Shown one piece after another: positions 45,349 to 54,623 of a DNA stretch of 64,000 nt. Numbering within the stretch: the first letter of the stretch is position 1; each line of letters opens with the position of its first letter. This DNA is from Candidatus Campbellbacteria bacterium (GTDB lineage Bacteria; Patescibacteriota; Minisyncoccia; Phycocordibacterales; UBA1006), in assembly GCA_002698305.1 (NCBI GenBank), contig NZWR01000005.1, positions 66,047-130,046 of the forward strand, given 5' to 3'. The notes below the pieces were generated by a model. It had not been told where the DNA came from. It ran no database searches and saw nothing but the letters and a program-made list of their open reading frames with translations. The position numbers and the translations under genes are program-made.

Positions 45349-46515
45349 ATGAAAAACGATAGCTACACAATTGGAATTGATATAGGATCAGAACAGATTA
45401 AAGCTGTTGTTATCGATGCTGCAAGCCGAAACGAAAAACAGCCAACTATTTTAGCAGCACTCTCCACAGCTTCATCAGGAGTCACGAAAGGTTATATTAA
45501 CAACCAAGATGCTGTTGAGTATTCCTTGAATGAGCTTGTAGAGAAAGTACTAAAAAAATATCCTGCAAAATATTCTGATATCAACGTAGCCATTAATGGT
45601 ATTGGGTTACGCTCTCAGTATGTACGTACCAGTAATGATATTCAAAATAAAAGCCGTGAAATAGAGGCTGCTGATATTGATGCTGTTGTAGCAAAGGCCG
45701 AAGACCTGTTCTCAAAAAAATATCCAAACAAAAAAATACTTTACATAAACAGTCAAAAATACCGCGTAGATGATCGGGATGTATTAGGATCTCCTGTTGG
45801 AATGTACGGAGAAACAATCGAAGCAAAGATATTATTTGTTACTGTTCCAGAACATCACTATGAATCATGTATTAGAATCTTCGAATCATCATCACTTTCA
45901 ATAGATAATCTTGTAGCTGCTCCCCTAGCTGAAGCAGCACTTCTAAGCCCTGCTCAAAAAAATAATGGTTGTGTCCTTCTTAATATTGGAGCCCAGACAT
46001 CATCTATGTCAGTCTACGAAAATGGATTTATGTCATCACTTGAAGTATTCCCTATTGGCTCAAATGATATTACTAATGATTTGGCTTTGGGTCATCAGAT
46101 TTCACGAGAAGAAGCTCATGAACTAAAATTGGATGCCAAAAATAAAGCATCAAAACAAACCCAGGAAATAATTCAAGCTCGAATGTATGATATTTTAGAA
46201 TTGATGGAGCGCCACCTAATACGTATCAAAAAAAATCGGTTGTTGCCTGCAGGGGTAATCATCACGGGTGGAAGCGCATATCTTGAAGGAATAGAAGCCT
46301 ATACAAAATCACAACTTAAAATTCCTGCTGAAACAATTAAAATCTTGAAAAAATCACCAAGTCAAAAACGAGCCTCGGCGCTTGATCCTAAGTTTTCACT
46401 TGCGTATGCCTTGACGCTGCCAAGTCAAAACGCGCGACATTTTAAAAAGAGCTTATTCTCAATAAAAAAGATTTTCAAAAATGCAAAAAAGTTATTTGAT
46501 GAACTCATGCCTTAA
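45349..46515 (+). CDS. ftsA: Cell division protein FtsA
   Basis: Actin fold: IGIDIGSEQIKAVV, LLNIGAQTSSMSVYENG and IITGGSAYLEG. Immediately upstream of ftsZ. Start is taken at MKNDSYTIG. Confidence 0.85.
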   Translation: MKNDSYTIGIDIGSEQIKAVVIDAASRNEKQPTILAALSTASSGVTKGYINNQDAVEYSLNELVEKVLKKYPAKYSDINVAINGIGLRSQYVRTSNDIQNKSREIEAADIDAVVAKAEDLFSKKYPNKKILYINSQKYRVDDRDVLGSPVGMYGETIEAKILFVTVPEHHYESCIRIFESSSLSIDNLVAAPLAEAALLSPAQKNNGCVLLNIGAQTSSMSVYENGFMSSLEVFPIGSNDITNDLALGHQISREEAHELKLDAKNKASKQTQEIIQARMYDILELMERHLIRIKKNRLLPAGVIITGGSAYLEGIEAYTKSQLKIPAETIKILKKSPSQKRASALDPKFSLAYALTLPSQNARHFKKSLFSIKKIFKNAKKLFDELMP

Positions 46516-46579
46516 CGACATTGCCTTTAAGGCCTTTTTTGATAAAATACAACTATTCACTTATTAAACTAATTACATT

Positions 46580-47719
46580 ATGCCTAAAGTAAATCCAGAA
46601 ATTGAAACATTTGCACGAATCAAAGTAATCGGTGTGGGAGGAGCAGGAACAAATGCTATCAACCATATGATTGACTCTGAAATAGCAGGAGTAGAGTTTA
46701 TTGCCATCAATACTGATACGCAAGATCTCCACCATTCTCAAGCAGCTAAAAAAATACATATTGGTAAAAATCTTACCAAAGGCCTAGGGTCAGGAATGAA
46801 TCCCGAGATTGGTCAATCTGCTGCTGAAGAAACAAAAGCAGAAATCCAAGAAGCCATTAAAGGCGCAGACATGGTGTTTGTAGCAGCCGGAATGGGAGGT
46901 GGAACAGGAACAGGAGCATCACCAACGGTTGCACGAACAGCAAAAGAACAAGGAATTCTTACTATTGGAGTTGTTACAAAGCCATTTAGTTTTGAAGGAC
47001 AGCAACGAAAAAAAATTGCAGATGGTGGTCTTGAAGAATTAGAAAAAGAAGTAGATGCACTGATTACTATTCCAAACGACAGACTTCTTTCAATAGCTGG
47101 AGATGATATGAGTTTCAAAGATGCATTTGAAATTTCTGATGATGTACTAAAACAAGCAGTCGAAGGAATCTCAGAACTTATCACAACCCCAGGAATCATT
47201 AATATTGATTACGCTGATATTCAAACCACCCTATCAGATACGGGATCAGCATTTATGGGAATTGGTAAAGCTGCCGGAGAAAGTCGCGCCAAAGACGCTG
47301 CAGTTGAGGCAATTAACTCACCGCTTCTTGATATCGCTATTGATGGAGCAAAAGGAGTACTCTTTGCAATATCAGGTGGTGATGATTTAACGATGAATGA
47401 GGTAAATGAAATCGCTACAATTATTACTGATTCAATTGATGATTCAGCACGCGTAATCTTTGGAACTATCCGAGATACCAAACTGAAAAAAGGTGAAATT
47501 AAAGTAACAGTGATTGCTACTGGATTTGATACCATTATCCAGAAAAAGCCAGCTTTTAACGCTTTTACTTCTAAAAAAGAAGAAGCATCAGTGACTGATG
47601 AAACACCGGTGAAAAGAAAAAAACCAGTTGAGGAAATTGAAGAGATTGAAGAAATCGATGATACTGACGACGATTGGTCGGCGGTACCAGCATTTCTTAG
47701 ACGTGGAGGAAAAAAATAG
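46580..47719 (+). CDS. ftsZ: Cell division protein FtsZ
   Basis: IKVIGVGGAGTNAINHM and the tubulin signature AGMGGGTGTGASP. Acidic linker and C-terminal peptide DDWSAVPAFLRRG. Confidence 0.95.
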   Translation: MPKVNPEIETFARIKVIGVGGAGTNAINHMIDSEIAGVEFIAINTDTQDLHHSQAAKKIHIGKNLTKGLGSGMNPEIGQSAAEETKAEIQEAIKGADMVFVAAGMGGGTGTGASPTVARTAKEQGILTIGVVTKPFSFEGQQRKKIADGGLEELEKEVDALITIPNDRLLSIAGDDMSFKDAFEISDDVLKQAVEGISELITTPGIINIDYADIQTTLSDTGSAFMGIGKAAGESRAKDAAVEAINSPLLDIAIDGAKGVLFAISGGDDLTMNEVNEIATIITDSIDDSARVIFGTIRDTKLKKGEIKVTVIATGFDTIIQKKPAFNAFTSKKEEASVTDETPVKRKKPVEEIEEIEEIDDTDDDWSAVPAFLRRGGKK

Positions 47720-47738
47720 CACTCATGCTATTTTTTTT
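47716..47738 (+). terminator. Intrinsic terminator
   Basis: atagca-ctca-tgctat followed by ttttttt. Confidence 0.55.
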
Positions 47739-47805
47739 GCTATACAACAAGAATATTAGCGATATACTAGAAGCATACACATTTATCCGACTAACTTTGT
47801 AAACT

Positions 47806-48732
47806 ATGTATGATCTTATAATTATTGGCGCAGGACCAGCAGGAACAGCTGCTGGTGTATATGCTGCGCGTAAACGTCTCAAAACCCTTTTAATAACTGA
47901 AGAATTTGGTGGTCAATCCGTTGTGTCTGACGTTATCTATAACTGGATCGGTGAGCCGGAAATCAAAGGAAGCGAGCTCGCTGAATCTTTTAAAAAACAT
48001 CTTGAATACTATGCTGACGATGATATCTTAACCCTTAAACCAAGACTTCGAGCAAATACAGTGGAAAAGAATGATGATGGCACATTTACCGTTATTGATT
48101 CTAACGACGAAACATACCAAACAAAAACAGTGTTTATCGCCACAGGATCAGTACGACGCAAACTTCCCGCTGCTGGTGCAGACGAACTTGAACACAAGGG
48201 TCTCACGTACTGTGCAAGCTGTGATGGGCCTCTTTTTACAGGAATGGATGTGATTGTCGTTGGAGGTGGAAATGCAGGTTTTGAATCTGCTGCGCAGCTT
48301 CTTGCGTATACCAAGTCAGTCACCCTTCTTCAACGTGGGGATGAATATAAGGCCGACCAAATTACCGTCGATAAGGTGTTAGCTCATCCGAACATGACTG
48401 GAATTTTGAATGCCAGTACCGTTGAGGTTCACGGCGATACATTTGTGAGCGGTCTTACTTATCTTGATCTTTCAACAAATGAGAAAAAGAAGCTCGACGC
48501 TCAAGGAATCTTTGTTGAAATTGGACAGGTTCCTAATAGCCACATCGTCCAGGAGCTTGTTGAACTTAATGACTTCAAACAAATCGTTGCTGACCCATAC
48601 ACCCAAAGAACATCAATTGTTGGTGTTTGGGCTGCGGGTGACGTAACAGACGTAAAGTATCACCAAAACAATATTTCTGCAGGTGATGCTGTAAAAGCCT
48701 TAGAAGATATTTATAAATACCTTCACACATAA
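47806..48732 (+). CDS. trxB: Thioredoxin-disulfide reductase
   Basis: FAD motif IIIGAGPAGTAAGVYAAR, redox-active CASCDG and NADPH motif VVGGGNAGFESA. 308 aa. Confidence 0.8.
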   Translation: MYDLIIIGAGPAGTAAGVYAARKRLKTLLITEEFGGQSVVSDVIYNWIGEPEIKGSELAESFKKHLEYYADDDILTLKPRLRANTVEKNDDGTFTVIDSNDETYQTKTVFIATGSVRRKLPAAGADELEHKGLTYCASCDGPLFTGMDVIVVGGGNAGFESAAQLLAYTKSVTLLQRGDEYKADQITVDKVLAHPNMTGILNASTVEVHGDTFVSGLTYLDLSTNEKKKLDAQGIFVEIGQVPNSHIVQELVELNDFKQIVADPYTQRTSIVGVWAAGDVTDVKYHQNNISAGDAVKALEDIYKYLHT

Positions 48733-48759
48733 AAAATACTCACATAGTGAGTATTTTTT
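48731..48759. terminator. Bidirectional intrinsic terminator between convergent genes
   Basis: aaaaa-atactcac-ata-gtgagtat-ttttt. Confidence 0.65.
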
Positions 48760-49501
48760 ATAGGTAATTATGCAGAAATGCTAACTGCTCCTTGGTATTC
48801 GCACCAAGTGATTCTTCTTCAGGTATATCAATTGATGAAATTTCATGCTGTTGATCAAATGCTATCTGAACAAGATCAGTCAAATAGTATTCACCTTGAT
48901 TGTTATCATTTTTAAGTGCCCGCAATGATTGCAGCATCCATTTTTTATCACAACAGAAGATTGCAGGATTAACTTCTCGAATACCAAGCTCAGTATCAGT
49001 AGCATCCTTTGCTTCTACAATTTTTTCTATTTTTCCATCAGCTCCACGTGCGATTCTTCCAAATCCAGAGAAATGTCGCGTGAACAAATCCTCATCGCGT
49101 ATTGTAGCTGTAGCAATAGTAATTGGAGAAATAGTATCTTCATTTGCCTGGGCAAGGCGTTCAATTGTCTCCTGTGAGACAAATGGCATATCAGCATAGA
49201 GAATAATAACGCGGTCAGTCTGCTCTTTTAATTTATCCTCTGCACACATTACGGCGTGCCCAGTACCTTTTTGTTCATCCTGATGCGCATAGGTTACAGC
49301 GTCGCCGAGTGCCTCTATAATCAGCTCTTTTTTGTATCCTACAACAACTACGGGTGGTTTGCTGTATTCGATACTATCGAGAGTAGTGATAACACTTTCA
49401 AGCATGGTCGTCTCCCCTAGTCGCGTCATTGCTTTTGGCAGGTCACTTTCCATACGTGTCCCCTTTCCTGCTGCTAAAATTATGATTTGTGTTTGTTCCA
49501 T
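48758..49501 (-). CDS. Sugar-1-phosphate nucleotidyltransferase equal to the GlmU N-terminal (uridyltransferase) domain only
   Basis: IIILAAGKGTRMESDLPKAM, YAHQDEQKGTGHAV and ILYADMPF match the GlmU pyrophosphorylase domain. The protein ends after about 247 aa with no left-handed beta-helix acetyltransferase repeats. Start is taken at MEQTQIII. Confidence 0.75.
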   Translation of the reverse strand: MEQTQIIILAAGKGTRMESDLPKAMTRLGETTMLESVITTLDSIEYSKPPVVVVGYKKELIIEALGDAVTYAHQDEQKGTGHAVMCAEDKLKEQTDRVIILYADMPFVSQETIERLAQANEDTISPITIATATIRDEDLFTRHFSGFGRIARGADGKIEKIVEAKDATDTELGIREVNPAIFCCDKKWMLQSLRALKNDNNQGEYYLTDLVQIAFDQQHEISSIDIPEEESLGANTKEQLAFLHNYL

Positions 49502-49601
49502 AGATAATGAAAAGCACATTACGTGCTTCTGTGTGTAATTAAGTATAGAAAATAGACCATATACTGCAAGCAGATATCCCAAACAGAGCCACATATAGCA
49601 G

Positions 49602-49629
49602 TTGCATCAGATACTTAATATGCTATACT
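49602..49629 (+). promoter_or_regulatory. Promoter candidate for tRNA-Glu
   Basis: TTGCAT, 16-nt spacer, TATACT with an upstream TGn (extended -10). About 45 nt before the tRNA. Confidence 0.35.
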
Positions 49630-49673
49630 TTTTTTCGTTGCACACGCAACACTTTTCAATTTTATGTACATTT

Positions 49674-49745
49674 GGTCCCATCGTCTAATGGTTAGGACAT
49701 CAGGTTTTCATCCTGGAAATCGGGGTTCGACTCCCCGTGGGATCA
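49674..49745 (+). tRNA. tRNA-Glu(UUC)
   Basis: GGTCCCATCGTCTAATGGTTAGGACATCAGGTTTTCATCCTGGAAATCGGGGTTCGACTCCCCGTGGGATCA. Anticodon loop TTTTCAT, T-arm CGGGG-TTCGACT-CCCCG, no encoded CCA. Confidence 0.9.
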
Positions 49746-49753
49746 CACATCCA

Positions 49754-49798
49754 ACAAAAACGATAGTATTCTTGTGAATACTATCGTTTTTGTTATTT
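49754..49798 (+). terminator. Strong intrinsic terminator after tRNA-Glu
   Basis: 18-bp perfect stem acaaaaacgatagtattc / gaatactatcgtttttgt with loop ttgt, followed by tatttg. Confidence 0.7.
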
Positions 49799-49936
49799 GA
49801 TTAAGGCTTTAACGTATGATTTTTTGCCTGCTAGTACTTGCAACTAATCATAAATCAATTATGATATAGATATCTAGGGGTTAGAAAAACCGCTAGGGTA
49901 CTACATCCAAGAGTCGCCTCCATTAGGGGGCGACTT

Positions 49937-50503
49937 TTATTTATTCTTTTGATTTCTAAAATTTAACTTTTTACCCCAAATATCTTCTTGTATCTTCAAC
50001 ACATCTCTGTATCCATGGCCGCCAGTTCTTAATTCTGATGAAATATTATTTTCTGATGAATAAATAAAAACCTTTTTACCCCCGTTTTTAAGGTAATTTA
50101 CAAGTGCTAGGTAATCAGAATCACCTGTAAATAATAACGCTGTATCAAATTGATCCTTCGTATGCATAACATCAAGAGTAAGTTCAACATCCATATCTCC
50201 TTTCTCTTTGATACCAATCCCCTCATCGGTCAATATTTTAATTTGTTTTAATGGCTTTTTTCTTACCACAAAGTTAAGACCTTTTTTAAGATAGGTATAG
50301 AATGAATGTTTTGATGAAACATCGTAATCACGGGTACCATCTTTAGGGTATGCTGTATAGTAATATGCTTTAATGGTATCAGCAGCATGCTCCCTTTTCA
50401 AAAAAGAGATCAATTTTTTATAGTCAAAAAGCATTCCTTTTGCTTGCTGAGCATTCCAAATATTTGATGCATCTATAAAAACATGTACAACGTTGCTCTT
50501 CAT
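49937..50503 (-). CDS. NYN-domain (LabA/COG1432-like, PIN-fold) putative ribonuclease
   Basis: VHVFIDASNIWNA (N-terminal Asp) and ALLFTGDSDYLALVNYLKNGGKKVFIYS (DxD) fit the NYN/LabA active-site pattern. 188 aa. Confidence 0.75.
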   Translation of the reverse strand: MKSNVVHVFIDASNIWNAQQAKGMLFDYKKLISFLKREHAADTIKAYYYTAYPKDGTRDYDVSSKHSFYTYLKKGLNFVVRKKPLKQIKILTDEGIGIKEKGDMDVELTLDVMHTKDQFDTALLFTGDSDYLALVNYLKNGGKKVFIYSSENNISSELRTGGHGYRDVLKIQEDIWGKKLNFRNQKNK

Positions 50504-50541
50504 GCTATTAAGTATATCAAAAAAACTATCTGCAGATAGTT

Positions 50542-53500
50542 TTACTCACTTTCTATATCCCAGACCTCATCGATCTCCTTCATGATGCGGTCGGTATGTG
50601 TCAGTGCATGGATAATTTTATGATAATGCTCGATATCATCAAAACTTAGAGTCCTGTCACGGCGATCTTTGAGCCATTTTTGCGCTGGCTGATAGCCACC
50701 AATATAGAACTCCCATGCCAATTCCGGAACGCCATCAAAATATTGCAGATCGTTAATCCACACTCTCCCGGTTTTATTCTCAATATCAGTCAGTTCAAAC
50801 CCAATACTATTCTTGGTTAAACGGCGTGTAATTTTGTTATCACTTTCTGCATCGCCTGACACAGGATAGCTTGTAATATAATCACTGCGTGAAATATTCT
50901 CAAGAAGATGTAACTGACGAAGCTCAGTTCCTTTTTTAACTAATTCCCAGAATAATTCTTTGGATTCTGGGTATGGTACTCGCGGGAAATCTATCTTCAA
51001 AAATTCTTGATATTTATCTCTATATGATGGGCTGTGTAGCACTGCATAAATATAATCCAAGATATCTTCAGGCGCGGTATCTCCTGTAATTTTACCAATA
51101 TCATCCCAAATTTGCTGGTCAAGATTAGGTACCTTGGTGCCGTCGTTATGATAAAGATAAAGAGGAAATACAGAAGTCGAATCTCCAGCTGAATCTAAAA
51201 CATGAAAATCAGATAATATTTTTGTAATATAAAAATATCCTAAGCTTTGCTGTCTATTAATTCTTGTTGTAATCAATGCGAGATTCTCTTTTTGCACAAA
51301 ATGCTGCATCACATTTTCGCGAAGCCTCCATATTACCTTTGAATCATAATAGAGATATTTATCATCAAATGGTCTATAGGAAACCTTTTGAATGAGATTT
51401 TTATCAACATCAACCTCATCAATATTTTCTAGTAGCCACTTTCCGTAATTTTTTCCAAGGTTGTATTCATTTTTGAATTCAGGCTCTGATGGTTTATTTT
51501 CTTGTACTTTTCTTAATCGTTCATTAATTTCTTCTTTGGTATCAGCAATTGCAAAGCCGTCTCCCATAGTTACAATTCCTGTAACATTAGTTGTAAATAG
51601 CTCTTGTACACCAAAAAATTTTTGATATGCACGCTCTGCCTGATAATCAAATGTATGGAAATAGTAGGCACTTCCTTCTGGATGTACCTCCTCCCAATTC
51701 ATGCTTTGCCAATCGCTGGTATCAAGCTGATGATATTTATCGGCACGTTTTCCATAGAGGTCAGCCCGAAATACGCGACCCAGCTCGTTATCCTGCTTTT
51801 CTCCTGTTTTAATTCCAAAAAAAATACTTACTCCTGTTTTAATGTCAAAAATATTTTCATCTTTTCCGCCGTTTGGCGTGGTTTCTTTTTTATTCGCATT
51901 ACCGTGTAAATCCAATACATAAATCTCATCAAAGGTTTTTAATAAATGCCAGCGCATGCCACGGAATGTTGGATTATCAAGATAACCGTGTGAAGTAATG
52001 TAGTTTACAATTCCTTTTCCAGTATTAGCAATCTGTGATTCTGCTAGTGATATAAATTTAACATAATCATCATTTAACCAATGTTTTCGTTCTTGTAATT
52101 TTTGTTTAGCTCCTGGTTCGATTTTATATTTATTAACAAGTTCTTTTGCAAAATCAGTTTCGTTCGAACTTACTCCACTGTATGGAGGATTTCCCATCAC
52201 AACCATAATTGGCAGTTCTGATTTGATTCGGCCCGCCTCAGCTGCCTCTTCAGTCAACCAGCGGCTCATCAGTATTTCAAGAGGTCGTTGTTTGTCATTT
52301 GCAGCCTCAAGACTGTTTGTAAGCCAGACTGATAATCGGTCATTTCCCGCATAACCAAACTCGCGCAAGGTAATTCCTAATTTCATATGGGCCATAGTGT
52401 ACGATGCCATCATCAGTTCAAATCCATGGAGTCGTGGTAGAAGATGCTTGCTAACATAACTATTCCATGCCCCTGCATCATTTTTGTAGTCATTATGGAT
52501 ATGACGAATAACCTCATTAAGAAATGTTCCTGTCCCTGTTGCTGGATCAAGAATCTGAACCTGGTGGATATCGCGCTTTGCTTTTTTAATACCGTCTTTA
52601 GTACGATTGTCTTCCATATCGGTCGCAAATTCATGTGAAATTTTATTCCTACCAGCTAATCCATCTGTAAGATTAAATTTATCTTTCAAGATCTGGTCAA
52701 CACTACGCACCATGAATGAGACAACCGGTTCAGGGGTATAGTACACACCACGTGAAGCCCGTAATTTTTGATCATATTCTGCAAGGAATGTTTCGTAAAA
52801 ATGAAGAACCGGATCTTTTTTCTTTTTCTCAAACTCTTGGTGCATGATTTTTTTCACATCGGTTGCTAGATATGCTTCTATCAGAGAATCTACCATCCAC
52901 GCAATCTTGTTATCATAATCTGTTCCTGCAACATGACCAAAGAATTTCTTGAGTAATGGATTGGTTGAAGGCAACAAATCGTGAGCCTCATACCGTGAAA
53001 AATTATGGAGGCTTTCATCGAAATAACGTGCTACAAATAGACCATACACCAAAGTTTGTGCATACATATCTGCAAAATCCTCATAGGAAAGATCATGAAT
53101 TAAAACTTCTTTAAAAGCACCATATTGTTGAGCAATGGTTGATTTTTTATTTTCTGTAAGAGATGCTAATGCGTTAGCACGCAACAGCTGTCCTTTTGCA
53201 GCCATAATTTCTGCTAAACGTTTAGCTGATTTAATCGTCTGAGGAGTAGATTTAAGGTAGTCCTTAATCAAAAGAAGTTTTGATGCTACAACATCCTCAT
53301 TATATTGCCTAAACCTGTTGTCCTTAAAATCTATAAGAGAAAATTCTGATACGAGACCTGTTTCATTAATGATTTGAAATTCATGGTAATTTGTTAGAAG
53401 AATTTTTCCAAATGCATCAACATAGCGTTGTGCTTGCGATTGAACTTTTTTATCATTAAGATCTACTGTAATATCCTTACATTCAGCGTAGGCTATTGGT

Positions 53501-53691
53501 ACACCACTCTTCTTAAAAAGAAAGTCTGGCGCATTTCCTCCGGTATAAGCAGGTTCATTAATAACCTCGATTTCATCTGATAATGATTCAACAAGCATTT
53601 GAAATGCAGATCTATAGGCATGCTCACGAGCATTTCCTGAATTATGAAGTGATTGTATAGATAAGAAGTAATCCTGAATATTTGCTTTCAT
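50542..53691 (-). CDS. Single-polypeptide restriction-modification enzyme (Type IIG/ISP-like): N-terminal PD-ExK nuclease-like domain + gamma-class N6-adenine DNA methyltransferase + C-terminal specificity domain
   Basis: MTase motif I QILDPATGTGTFLNEV lies before motif IV VVMGNPPYSG. N-terminus NAPDFLFKKSGVPIAYAECKD fits PD-X13-ExK. C-terminal AVLHSPSYRDKYQEFLKIDFPRVPYP resembles the type ISP/YeeA-type C-terminal domain. No helicase or ATPase motifs seen. 1049 aa. Confidence 0.8.
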   Translation of the reverse strand: MKANIQDYFLSIQSLHNSGNAREHAYRSAFQMLVESLSDEIEVINEPAYTGGNAPDFLFKKSGVPIAYAECKDITVDLNDKKVQSQAQRYVDAFGKILLTNYHEFQIINETGLVSEFSLIDFKDNRFRQYNEDVVASKLLLIKDYLKSTPQTIKSAKRLAEIMAAKGQLLRANALASLTENKKSTIAQQYGAFKEVLIHDLSYEDFADMYAQTLVYGLFVARYFDESLHNFSRYEAHDLLPSTNPLLKKFFGHVAGTDYDNKIAWMVDSLIEAYLATDVKKIMHQEFEKKKKDPVLHFYETFLAEYDQKLRASRGVYYTPEPVVSFMVRSVDQILKDKFNLTDGLAGRNKISHEFATDMEDNRTKDGIKKAKRDIHQVQILDPATGTGTFLNEVIRHIHNDYKNDAGAWNSYVSKHLLPRLHGFELMMASYTMAHMKLGITLREFGYAGNDRLSVWLTNSLEAANDKQRPLEILMSRWLTEEAAEAGRIKSELPIMVVMGNPPYSGVSSNETDFAKELVNKYKIEPGAKQKLQERKHWLNDDYVKFISLAESQIANTGKGIVNYITSHGYLDNPTFRGMRWHLLKTFDEIYVLDLHGNANKKETTPNGGKDENIFDIKTGVSIFFGIKTGEKQDNELGRVFRADLYGKRADKYHQLDTSDWQSMNWEEVHPEGSAYYFHTFDYQAERAYQKFFGVQELFTTNVTGIVTMGDGFAIADTKEEINERLRKVQENKPSEPEFKNEYNLGKNYGKWLLENIDEVDVDKNLIQKVSYRPFDDKYLYYDSKVIWRLRENVMQHFVQKENLALITTRINRQQSLGYFYITKILSDFHVLDSAGDSTSVFPLYLYHNDGTKVPNLDQQIWDDIGKITGDTAPEDILDYIYAVLHSPSYRDKYQEFLKIDFPRVPYPESKELFWELVKKGTELRQLHLLENISRSDYITSYPVSGDAESDNKITRRLTKNSIGFELTDIENKTGRVWINDLQYFDGVPELAWEFYIGGYQPAQKWLKDRRDRTLSFDDIEHYHKIIHALTHTDRIMKEIDEVWDIESE

Positions 53692-53699
53692 ACTATTAA

Positions 53700-54623
53700 T
53701 TATAGCGTACCTTCAATAAACTCTCGAATTCCCTTCATACTGCAGTCAAATTTATCAATAACACATGGTATACCGTCAATATAGGCAATTTTTTGTACTG
53801 GTTCTGCGATACCGATAGCATAGGCAAGCTCGACGCGGACTTCGTTCGCTGCGTGTTCTTTGAGAAGTTTTTGAGCTATGGCGCGAGCATAACGAGCACC
53901 GCTTCGATCAACCTTGGTCCAATCTTTTCCAGAAAATGCACCGCCCCCAACAGGAACTCGCGGACCATACTGATCAATAACTATTTTACGACCAGTCAGC
54001 CCTGTGTCAGCTTCGAATCCACCAATCGACCACTCGCCTGCTGGATTCAATAAAAAACGGCAATCGCTAGCAATTTTAAAATTATGCACTGTTAACCATT
54101 TCTGAACATGTTTTTCTAAATCCTTGGTTTTTGAAAGCTGGAAGCTTGCAACTATATGAGTAATAACGAAATTACTATCTATTGTTATCTGCGTTTTTCC
54201 ATCAGTTTTATAAATAGCATATAAAAAATCACATAACGATTTAGCTAGATAGAGCTCCTCGGGAATCATCTCATCATTATCATTGCATGCATAGCCTATA
54301 ACGATACCTTGATCCCCTGCACCCCCTGCGTCGACACCATGGGCTATTTCTGGTGATTGCTCTCTAGTGTGAACAGCCACCTTGTATGTATCACTACCAG
54401 TAACACCAGCAACTATTTGTTCATATTCTTTATGTGTAAGGTTTCCCGTACTAGTGATTTCACCAACGATAAAAATGCTTCCATGACCACCTAATGTCTC
54501 AACCGCAACACGGCTGTTGGGATCTTGGTATATAAATGCATCTAATATTGCATCAGAGATACGGTCGCACATTTTGTCTGGGTGTTTTGGTGATACGTAC
54601 TCTGCGGTATATGTTTGTTTCAT
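53700..54623 (-). CDS. metK: S-adenosylmethionine synthetase, compact form
   Basis: SPKHPDKMCDRISDAILD, GAGDQGIVIGYA, DTGLTGRKIVIDQYG and GGGAFSGKDWTKVDRSGAYYAR-like motifs. 307 aa versus about 385 aa for typical bacterial MetK. Confidence 0.85.
   Translation of the reverse strand: MKQTYTAEYVSPKHPDKMCDRISDAILDAFIYQDPNSRVAVETLGGHGSIFIVGEITSTGNLTHKEYEQIVAGVTGSDTYKVAVHTREQSPEIAHGVDAGGAGDQGIVIGYACNDNDEMIPEELYLAKSLCDFLYAIYKTDGKTQITIDSNFVITHIVASFQLSKTKDLEKHVQKWLTVHNFKIASDCRFLLNPAGEWSIGGFEADTGLTGRKIVIDQYGPRVPVGGGAFSGKDWTKVDRSGARYARAIAQKLLKEHAANEVRVELAYAIGIAEPVQKIAYIDGIPCVIDKFDCSMKGIREFIEGTL

Noticed and set aside
49746-49915. Short repeat acatccaa just after tRNA-Glu (49747) and again at ~49903, considered as an att remnant for the RM/NYN island.
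   Set aside because: It is only 8 nt exact with degenerate flanks. Both copies lie on the same side of the island, so they cannot delimit it.
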